This document shows positions 9,513 through 17,400 of a stretch of DNA of 64,000 nucleotides, in pieces. Under the pieces are notes generated by a model, which saw only the letters and a program-made list of their open reading frames with translations, had not been told where the DNA came from and searched no databases. Source of the DNA: an uncultured delta proteobacterium (GTDB lineage Bacteria > Desulfobacterota > Desulfobacteria > Desulfobacterales > JAHEIW01); the NCBI GenBank assembly GCA_963706575.1, contig CAVPNL010000012.1, positions 205,072-269,071 of the forward strand, given 5' to 3'. Within the stretch, counting starts at the first letter, position 1. Every line of letters starts with the position of its first letter. A program made the translations under genes and the position numbers.

Positions 9513-9535
9513 AAAGTTGGTTTTAAACCAACTTT
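9513..9535. promoter_or_regulatory. Candidate TA operator
   Basis: Perfect 11-bp inverted repeat AAAGTTGGTTT-T-AAACCAACTTT just upstream of the toxin gene. Confidence 0.6.
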
Positions 9536-9973
9536 ACAAAAACTCACGGGTTCATATTTCATCATGGGGATATCTATTTTAAATTTTTAAAACCGTTCTG
9601 TGCAAGAAAAAAATAAAAACCCCGACCGAAATCGAGGCTTAAAAAAATGACATAAAAATGACAATCACACAAAATACTGACAATCAATTTAAAGCCCTAT
9701 TCCAAATTGGAACTTTAAAAACGGCATGAAAATATTCCATGTCAGTTAATGTCAGTTCTGATGGTTTTCAGTTTAATTCTAATCCCCCAACTTATTGTAT
9801 TCCTATATAAAATAAATTTTTGGCCTCCTGATTTAAAGTCAAGCGAACATTCAACTGCTTGAGCGGTCAAAATTTTGACAACCACCGGTTGCTCCCAATT
9901 GATTTTCTCTCCCAATCATAGCGCAGCGCTTAAGCTCTCAATTATTTCGCAGGGTAGTATGCCGGTATAATAT

Positions 9974-9988
9974 TGGCATGGAAATTGA
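9974..9988 (+). promoter_or_regulatory. Candidate sigma54 promoter
   Basis: TGGCAT-N5-TTGA, near-consensus -24/-12. Confidence 0.5.
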
Positions 9989-10177
9989 ATTAAAAATTAT
10001 CGAGTGCCCATGGACGTTCAAACAGCTTTAACCCGTGCGGCATTTGTCTCAAGGGTCTTAACGCCCAGGAAGACGCTCCTCCTTTCACCGCCCCCGGGGC
10101 CTAGCTCACCCCGGGGGCCAACATGATATCAGCGTTATGGATTAAAAAGTCCTATAAAATGAAAGGTTTAACAAATC

Positions 10178-10369
10178 ATGATTTGCGTGGTGGAATACGG
10201 CGAACACATCGGAACCCTGAGAAACCTTTTTCCCGACAGCCAGCAGGCGCTTGTTTTTGCGAAATGGATTATTGCTTTATCCGATGGTGAATATCGATGT
10301 ATCGGACCGCATCAGTGGTACTGTCAGGAGAAAAAGGAATATGTCAAAATCGAAGGCATGGGGAATTGA
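10178..10369 (+). CDS. Small hypothetical protein
   Basis: 63-aa ORF with plausible composition; no recognised motif. Confidence 0.5.
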   Translation: MICVVEYGEHIGTLRNLFPDSQQALVFAKWIIALSDGEYRCIGPHQWYCQEKKEYVKIEGMGN

Positions 10370-10494
10370 AATTTCATCTAACCCGGATTTCGGATAATGG
10401 ATGAATTTTTCAGTTAAAGTTTTCTCTAAAAGGACCGATCATTAGAACAACAGTGTGCAGGCGGGCACGCTGTTTGATATAATTCCTTAGGGAG

Positions 10495-10528
10495 GGGGTG
10501 GCTCGTAATGGGCCACCCCTATTTTTTT
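10495..10528 (+). terminator. Rho-independent terminator
   Basis: GGGGTGGCTC-GTAAT-GGGCCACCCC stem followed by T7. Confidence 0.7.
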
Positions 10529-10809
10529 GCTTTTTCTCGCCGATCCATAAAAAAACCACCTCTTGACCGCATAGGCTTCCCGAAAACATGAATGATATCG
10601 CATTCAGTACCGCAGCGCATAGGGTTGACCCGTTCAAAATGAAATCCTATAGTACCATCAGCACATTGGACAGAAAACTCGTAAATTTGTCAAATGGTTG
10701 ACTGGTTAAATAGTCAAAATTGAAAATGTCCACATACGAATTAACCATTCAACGATTTAACTATTTAACTAAAGCCTAGCGCTTATTTCATGGACAAAAA
10801 GGGATCCAA

Positions 10810-11232
10810 ATGATCATGCGAAATCCTGTTGCTGCGGCCGTTTTGATCACGGCACTGATGGCTGGCAATCATTTTGGCCCGTTGGCGGCTTCAGCAGCTT
10901 CAATTGAAGTGCCCCGCATTTCCATTGAACGCACCAAACAGATGCTTGCCAACCCGGATGTGGTTATCATCGATGTGCGTACGGTAAAAACCTGGTGGCG
11001 CAGTCCCACCAAAATCGAAAATGCGGTAAGAGAAGAGCCCGGCTCGCTGGAGCGCTGGGCGGAAAAGTACCCCAAAGATAAAACCCTGATTTTTTATTGC
11101 ACCTGAAAAAATGAGAGAACCAGTGCCCGGGCGGCACGGCATTTCATAAAAAAAGGCTATCCGAATGTATACGCCCTTAAAGGCGGCTGGTATGCCTGGA
11201 AAAAGGCGGGGTACCCGGTAGAAAAAAAATAA
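10810..11232 (+). CDS. Exported rhodanese-like selenoprotein (in-frame UGA at 11104-11106)
   Basis: Reading through TGA gives IFYCT-U-KNERTSARAARHFIKKGYPNVYALKGGWYAWKKAGYPVEKK, completing the rhodanese fold. Hairpin GTGCC-CGGGC-GGCAC at 11123-11137. N-terminal signal peptide. Confidence 0.85.
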
Positions 11233-11349
11233 GCTTGAAAAATAATTTCTCAGGATATATGTTTTTGGCGGCCACCCCCCTTTTTGAATTCAGAAAAGCA
11301 AAAACTCCGGATTATTGTTTACAGCTGGTATTTTTCGGGAGAATCATCC

Positions 11350-11550
11350 ATGAGTGGTTTGGATAACTTAATCGCCTTCATCGATAACGGCGGCACCCGC
11401 TCGGGCTCTGAGAGACGGCGTTTTTTTGAAAACGAGTATATGCCCGAAAGACGAATGCGGTATGATCGCAGAAGCGGTGCCGATCGCAGAAGGTCCCTCA
11501 ACAAAAAAAGAAAGCAGGGTAAAGAGCGCCGCACCATATTTGTTGACTGA
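11350..11550 (+). CDS. Small Arg-rich protein with repeated (E/D)RR motifs
   Basis: GGAG before ATG 11350; RSGSERR, ERRMRYDRRSGADRR, ERR. Confidence 0.65.
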   Translation: MSGLDNLIAFIDNGGTRSGSERRRFFENEYMPERRMRYDRRSGADRRRSLNKKRKQGKERRTIFVD

Positions 11551-12135
11551 CACGCTTGCCTGAAAACCAAACACCCGGCAAAACGCTGCCCGCATACCCC
11601 CTCTCGCAATCCTCAGGCTGTTAAATCAAACTGCCCAGCCATCCCTCGCATCTGATCGCCCGATCGCCCGTGACCATTTTGGACGGAACCGATGGCACCG
11701 CTGCTGGCCATATTGATTTCAGGCTTTTGTAACTTCAACCCTACATTTGGCTCTTCACATATACCCACAAAGGAGTTGGTGCACGTATTCAACAGTTAAG
11801 AATACCCTCCATAAATTTTTCCTAACAAAGCGAATTCGATAAAATCGGCTTATATTAACCAAGGTGCGTCGTTCGGGACGGCCTACAAACCCCGGCCCCA
11901 AATGACGAGCTGCCGGTTTGTCAACGATTTTGGAATTTAAATCGTCCATTGATTTAGATCAAACAGCCCAACCTGGCAAAGTGATAAATAGGCCGCTAAG
12001 ATTCGTTCGAAGCGTTTTTGTCCCGGCATCTGAAAAGAGATACCGGCATTTATTGATTTTTGAAGGAGGATTCATGGCGGACGCGAAATTTGGAACCGGA
12101 TCACCGGAATCCGCGCCGTCTGGATCGGCAATAAC

Positions 12136-12414
12136 ATGGCTAAATGCATAGCGGATGAGAAAAACAGTTGTCTGCTCCGTAAAGATGATTACGAAGTCCG
12201 GCTGGAGTGCGCAAACTACTGCGTGGCAGGCTTGATGTCGCGTTGCAGCGCCGGCACGGTCTGGAAAGATCAGAATAGATGCAAATTCGCTGAAAAATCA
12301 ACCGTTAGCAATCGATGCATGCATTATATTGAAGCCATCGGCGGTCACTGTGACTGCGAGCAAGCCCAGAGAGAGCTCAGATGTATCCTGCATGCCAAAG
12401 ACGATAAGCTTTAG
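12136..12414 (+). CDS. Cys-rich hypothetical protein
   Basis: 10 Cys in 92 aa; start uncertain (see findings). Confidence 0.6.
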   Translation: MAKCIADEKNSCLLRKDDYEVRLECANYCVAGLMSRCSAGTVWKDQNRCKFAEKSTVSNRCMHYIEAIGGHCDCEQAQRELRCILHAKDDKL

Positions 12415-12454
12415 CGCTTTGTATCGATCTGCTGAATCGCAACGATCTGGCATT

Positions 12455-12490
12455 AAAAAACCCCCGGGCAGCCCTCACACCACCCGGGGG
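12455..12490 (-). terminator. Rho-independent terminator (minus strand)
   Basis: CCCCCGGG...CCCGGGGG stem followed by T6 on the minus strand. Confidence 0.65.
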
Positions 12491-12671
12491 TGATTTAATT
12501 GTGGCCACAGTGAAACATGATCAAAATCCGAATTCAACTCGTTTAACGATGCCCCGTCGCTGTTCACTATGACCGATGTGGGCAAAACCACTAAGGGGGC
12601 TTGCCCTGCCTGCCCTCAAATGATTATTACCAATGGCCAGCAACAATCATCTTTGTGCTGTAATATTTTTA

Positions 12672-12717
12672 TCACAATATATTGATAAATGTCAAGAAAA
12701 AATACTATATGTTGTAT
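12672..12717. promoter_or_regulatory. Tandem NrdR-box-like palindromes flanking a minus-strand TTGACA
   Basis: Cores CAATATATTG (12675-12684) and CTATATGTTG (12705-12714), 30 bp apart; TTGACA at 12695-12690. Confidence 0.55.
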
Positions 12718-12767
12718 ATCTATGCGCTTATCGACAACCGTAAATTGCGCTAAAATCAAACTTTAAT

Positions 12768-13014
12768 TAGAGGTGGTTTCAAAACCTCAGATTAGGTTCA
12801 AGGGTCCCGCTGCAGCGGGATTACATATCTTATCTTAAAAATATTAATGTATGCATCAAGCGCAGGCCGATCGGGAAAGCGCAGTCCGCCTGAGGCGGAT
12901 GAGCATTTACCGGAGGCCTGTGCTGCACCCTAATCTAAAACAATCAGATGCGAATCCCGCTTAGCGGGGCAACGCAGCCATTGGGCCTTAGATGGGGTTT
13001 TGAAACCACTTCTA
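12768..13014. mobile_element. MITE-like element
   Basis: Terminal inverted repeats TAGAGGTGGTTTCAAAACC / GGTTTTGAAACCACTTCTA; three internal GC-rich palindromes; non-coding. Confidence 0.7.
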
Positions 13015-13141
13015 TTAAATATGAGCATCTATTGACGAATTATCCAGAAATAGGGCAATATGGCTTTATTCGTTTAATTTTATGTTTATTATTGAACTTT
13101 AAAGCCTTTTTCAGGGACTTTTTTAGACTTTTAGGAGCAAA

Positions 13142-14590
13142 ATGCTGATAAAAATAAAAACACGAATGATTCTTTGGGTGGTTCTGATAGTCGCGATTTC
13201 CTCACCGGTCACGGCAGTCACCGATTTGACCGAGCTGGTAAAATCCATCCAGCCGGCGGTAGCCACTGTCGTTGTCTATGATGTGAATCGCAATGTCGCC
13301 AATCTGGGTACCGGATTCTTCATTGATAAAACCGGAATTTTAGTAACGAATCATCATGTGCTTCTGGGAAAATTCAGCGCTGAAATCAGAACAGCCGACG
13401 GCAGCACCTACCCCGTAAAAACAGTGATTGCCGAGGATCAAGCAACCGATTTGATAAAAGTCAGGGTCGATATCCCACCCGAAAAGGTCCACTGGTTACC
13501 CGTGAGCGCTGAGCCGCCCCTGGTGGCCCAACACGTGGTTGTCGTAGGCAGCCCGATGGGACTCGAGCAATCTGTCAGTGACGGGATTGTTTCTTCGGTG
13601 CGGGAGATACCGGGCCTGGGGACCTTTTACCAGATGTCCGCCCCGATATCCCCCGGTTCCAGCGGCAGTCCGGTTGTCAATCTGAAGGGAAACGTTGTCG
13701 GTGTGGCAACCTTTCAATTTTTACAGGGTCAAAATCTAAACTTTGCCATAGCGGGCAATTCCATCCTTGACCTGAAAACCGATAAACCCGGGCAATCACT
13801 CTCGGAATGGACCTTCAAACAAAGCAATAAAAAGTCCCGATTGGCGGAGGAGATGTGCCGCAAAGGATTCAGTTTTTCGATAGGCGGGCAGGATCAGAAA
13901 GCCCTCGAATATTTTAAGATGGCAACCGAAAATGACCCGAACAGTACGACGGCATGGTACGGTCTCGGATATTGTTACGCCGGTAAAGATTCCCACACGG
14001 ATGCCATCGAAGCGTATAAACAGGCCATTCGAACAGATCCGACAAACGAGACCTCCCATTTCCATCTGGGAAATTACTACTTCAAAATCGGTCGCTACGA
14101 GGACGCGATCGAAACATTCAAACAGGTGGTTTTGATAAATCCTGAATTCGAAGCCGCGTATTTTAACATCGGATTGATTTACAACAGGGTGGGCCGCGAT
14201 GAGGAGGCAAAAAAAGCATTCGAAAATGTGGTTCGCCTCAATCCGCAATCCAAAACAGCCTATTATAATATCGGGGTGGCTTCCACCAAACTGGGCCAAT
14301 ATGAACAGGCTGCCGTCGCTTACCAAAAAGCAATCGACATCCAGCCGGAATTTGCCGAGGCGCTTTTTAATCTGGGTTTTGTTTACGGCGAGCTGGGCAA
14401 TACTCAGGATGAAATGGAAGCATATAAAAAAACCATCCGGGTTGATCCGGATTTTGCGCCCGCTCATTATGCCATCGGGCAGGCCTATTTAGATCAGGGA
14501 GATAAGGCCTCCGCACTGGATCAATATAAAATCCTTAAAAAACTCGATAGCGATATGGCCGATAAATTATTTGAAAAGATTTATCGCTGA
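13142..14590 (+). CDS. Exported trypsin-like (S1C) serine protease with C-terminal TPR repeats
   Basis: Signal peptide; GTGFF, TNHHV, DL, ISPGSSGSP triad motifs; multiple TPRs. Confidence 0.9.
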   Translation: MLIKIKTRMILWVVLIVAISSPVTAVTDLTELVKSIQPAVATVVVYDVNRNVANLGTGFFIDKTGILVTNHHVLLGKFSAEIRTADGSTYPVKTVIAEDQATDLIKVRVDIPPEKVHWLPVSAEPPLVAQHVVVVGSPMGLEQSVSDGIVSSVREIPGLGTFYQMSAPISPGSSGSPVVNLKGNVVGVATFQFLQGQNLNFAIAGNSILDLKTDKPGQSLSEWTFKQSNKKSRLAEEMCRKGFSFSIGGQDQKALEYFKMATENDPNSTTAWYGLGYCYAGKDSHTDAIEAYKQAIRTDPTNETSHFHLGNYYFKIGRYEDAIETFKQVVLINPEFEAAYFNIGLIYNRVGRDEEAKKAFENVVRLNPQSKTAYYNIGVASTKLGQYEQAAVAYQKAIDIQPEFAEALFNLGFVYGELGNTQDEMEAYKKTIRVDPDFAPAHYAIGQAYLDQGDKASALDQYKILKKLDSDMADKLFEKIYR

Positions 14591-14607
14591 GACACAATTT
14601 ATGGTAC

Positions 14608-14885
14608 TATAAGCTATCTCAAAATTAGCAGTTCATCTTGGAAGACCGAGAAAAACAAGTTCCAAAGGTGCTCTAAAATTAGAAGTGCCTAAAATGACTA
14701 AAATGAATTAAAATGCCTAAAATTATGGTTTCGCTGCGCTCCATCTTTGATTTAATATGATAGAATTCCTCAACTTTAGGCATTTTAGATCATTTCAAAT
14801 TTTAGTGCATTTGTTGTTATAAGCACTTTTTTTAGGTTTAAAACTTTAGCATCCGATGTTAAATGCATTTTTGAAATAGGTACTA
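14608..14885. repeat. MITE-like palindromic element with internal CTAAAATG/CATTTTAG repeats
   Basis: Imperfect terminal inverted repeats (TATAAGCTATCTCAAAA / TTTTGAAATAGGTACTA) and mirrored short tandem repeats. Confidence 0.55.
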
Positions 14886-15380
14886 ATGAACGAAGAATAC
14901 ATCCAGCTGCCAAATCGGGTTGATCACAATTGTTTCGGCTGCAGTCCGGTGAACACATCCGGTCTGCGGATGACCTTTTATACAAACGAAACAGCGGTAT
15001 ACTCAAAAGTAACGGTACCTGAACATCTCAGCGGCTGGAATAACCTGGTTCACGGTGGCGTCCTGACCACGATTCTGGACGAAATCATGAGCTGGTCCGC
15101 GATCTATTTGCTCAAACGGGTAACCATGACAAAATCCATGACCGTTGATTTCCTCAAGCCGGTTTACGTTGGCAATCCATTAAAAGCCGAAGGCCTGGTT
15201 TTGGAAAAAAAAGGCAAACACGAGGCTTTAATGCAAGGGCGGATTTATAATAAAGAGGATGTTTGCTGTGCCAGTGCCACCGGAACCTTTGCCGTTTTTT
15301 CGCCGGCCGTGGCCAAACGGCTGAGTATCACCGATGACGAATCGTCGAAATGGTTTGAGCGAATTTTCAACCTCACTTGA
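14886..15380 (+). CDS. PaaI-family (hotdog-fold) thioesterase
   Basis: CFGCSPVN, VHGGVLTTILDE motifs. Confidence 0.9.
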   Translation: MNEEYIQLPNRVDHNCFGCSPVNTSGLRMTFYTNETAVYSKVTVPEHLSGWNNLVHGGVLTTILDEIMSWSAIYLLKRVTMTKSMTVDFLKPVYVGNPLKAEGLVLEKKGKHEALMQGRIYNKEDVCCASATGTFAVFSPAVAKRLSITDDESSKWFERIFNLT

Positions 15381-15389
15381 GGTTGAAAA

Positions 15390-15607
15390 AGGTGTCAGAA
15401 AAAATAAGAACTGAGGACTGAGCAAAAAAGCCTGCTTGGTGGCTGACCATTTCAACATGACGTGTCGGTTTCCGTCATGAATCGTCCTCCTGGGGCCATG
15501 AGTTGTCATTTTCCGTCCGTGAGCTGGCACGGCCATTTTGTGCCCCTTTCTATTTCGATACACCTCAGACCTCAGCACTCAGTCCTCAGTCCTATTTTTT
15601 GACACCT
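15390..15607. repeat. Inverted-repeat element with 7-mer CTGAGGA/CCTCAG units
   Basis: AGGTGTCAGAAAAAATAAGAACTGAGGACTGAG mirrored by CTCAGTCCTCAGTCCTATTTTTTGACACCT. Confidence 0.65.
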
Positions 15608-15612
15608 GTAAC

Positions 15613-17397
15613 CTACTTGCGGTTGGCTTCCGCCAGAGCTGCCAGGCCCAGAACGGTTTCGAGCTGGGATTTTAGCGGATTTTGATTTAAGGCATTCAAA
15701 TGATCAAGCTGGCCTTTTAACTTCTCAAAGGCCTTGCCGCTGATCCGTTCGCTGGAGGCGGCCACCCGGATGCACAGCTGCAGGATGAAAAAACTTAAAA
15801 ACAGGATCAGGCCGATAGCCCAGAAGGCGTGCATAAAAAAATCACCCGAAAGATAACTGCCGCTAAAGAAAGTCTGCAGGGTTAACCAGCCACAGTAGCC
15901 CAGGAATGCGACGGCGGGCAGGTTAAAAAGGGCTTGCAGGATCAGACCGCTGAGCTTGGCGGTTAAGCGTTCGAGTTCGGCGTCTAAAGCGTCCGTCCAG
16001 ATGGCCGCGAGCTTGTGCTCGAAATCTTCCGTGCCGCTCAATGCATCTTCCACTTTGCGAATCGAGCTGTCAAAGCCGCCCTGGACCATCGATCTGGCAA
16101 TCTCCGGCCAGTTTTCCAGGACCACAAGCCGGTAATTCCTGAAAGCCGCTGTCATCTGTCGATCCTTTTGGGGATCTTCAATTACCGCTTGGGTTTCCTT
16201 CGAGCGCTTTAGCGCCGAGAGCGTGCTCAATACCTGGCGCACCGGGCGGCCGTGTCGAAAAACAGCCATGATGCCGCTGCTAAAAATCAACAGCCGCGCC
16301 CAGATGGCAATCATCCATCCCATGGGGCCCAGCCACCGCTGGGCCAGCTTCTGGTAAACCAGGACATTCAGCCCGAGCAAGGGCTGCACTCCGCTTGCCT
16401 GCATGCCGCAAACAGCGCTGCCCAGTGCCTTCTTTTCGGTATCGATAATCGCGCCGGCCGCATCAGCCAAAACAGCTTTATTTTTCAGCACTTCGACACC
16501 GGCTTCCTCAAAGACAAAGTCCCGCAGGCGTTGAGCGTTTTCAATTCGGCGGTCGATGACATATCCGGCCCGGTTGATGGTGTTTACCACCAGTTGTTTC
16601 AGATCCTCAAATTCATCAAAATCATGTCGGGGACCGGCGTCGGCGTCCCAGTCTGGATCTTGCAGGTTCCGTCGGGCGGATATACAAAACACCCGATCGG
16701 CCGGCATTTGCCAGCCCATCCGGATGTGCTCGAGAAAATCCGGCACAATTTGATTTTTGAGTTCGGGTTCATCCAACCGGTCGCATTTGTTCAGGACGCA
16801 AACCAGAGATTCTCCGCTGAATTTTCGGATGAATGGCGCCAAAAAATCCAGGTGATCGCGTCTCTTGGGGTTTTCGGCGTCAAACACACAGATCAGCATA
16901 TCGGATTTGGCAATGGCCCGTTCAACCAGAGGGATATGTTTCTTAAACGCCCGGCTGTCCGTATCGGGGGTATCGATCAAAAGCACATGCTCGAAATCTT
17001 CGGCTGCCGGGGTTGAACGCGTTTCGACGATTTCGCTGTCAAGGGCCTCGATGAGTTGCATGCCATCGTCTGGATTCCCGCTAAAAATGATGAGATGATC
17101 GGTGGTCGGCCGCCGATGGCCGATCTCTGAAAGATCATCCACACCGGCCAATGCATTTAAGAGGGTGGATTTACCCGAACCGCTGGGCCCGACAAGCGTG
17201 ACCACCAGCTTGCGGTCGAAGCGCTCGGCGATGCCTTCGATCATGCCAATCGCCTGGCTGCATTGTTTTTCAAGCCGGCGGCCCGGAAGCCACAGGGGCG
17301 CATCGCTGAGTTCGGAATTCAGCCGGTGCAAATCATTTTTAAATCCCTCTATTCTGCCCATGGCCTTTAAGAGAGCTTTCTGGCGATCTAAATTCAT
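15613..17397 (-). CDS. Dynamin-like/MMR_HSR1 GTPase with C-terminal TM helices
   Basis: G1 GPSGSGKST, G2 RPTT, G3 DTPD, G4 NKCD; hydrophobic hairpin near the C-terminus. Confidence 0.8.
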   Translation of the reverse strand: MNLDRQKALLKAMGRIEGFKNDLHRLNSELSDAPLWLPGRRLEKQCSQAIGMIEGIAERFDRKLVVTLVGPSGSGKSTLLNALAGVDDLSEIGHRRPTTDHLIIFSGNPDDGMQLIEALDSEIVETRSTPAAEDFEHVLLIDTPDTDSRAFKKHIPLVERAIAKSDMLICVFDAENPKRRDHLDFLAPFIRKFSGESLVCVLNKCDRLDEPELKNQIVPDFLEHIRMGWQMPADRVFCISARRNLQDPDWDADAGPRHDFDEFEDLKQLVVNTINRAGYVIDRRIENAQRLRDFVFEEAGVEVLKNKAVLADAAGAIIDTEKKALGSAVCGMQASGVQPLLGLNVLVYQKLAQRWLGPMGWMIAIWARLLIFSSGIMAVFRHGRPVRQVLSTLSALKRSKETQAVIEDPQKDRQMTAAFRNYRLVVLENWPEIARSMVQGGFDSSIRKVEDALSGTEDFEHKLAAIWTDALDAELERLTAKLSGLILQALFNLPAVAFLGYCGWLTLQTFFSGSYLSGDFFMHAFWAIGLILFLSFFILQLCIRVAASSERISGKAFEKLKGQLDHLNALNQNPLKSQLETVLGLAALAEANRK

Positions 17398-17400
17398 TTT

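Noticed and set aside
9822..9845. tRNA anticodon-arm-like GACTTTAAATC on the minus strand
   Set aside because: No D arm, T arm or acceptor stem; too short to support.
12490..12655. 6S RNA call
   Set aside because: End pairing is suggestive, but the interior does not clearly form the single rod with central bubble; kept only as an sRNA candidate.
16252..17016. 254-aa plus-strand ORF
   Set aside because: Antisense shadow of the GTPase gene.
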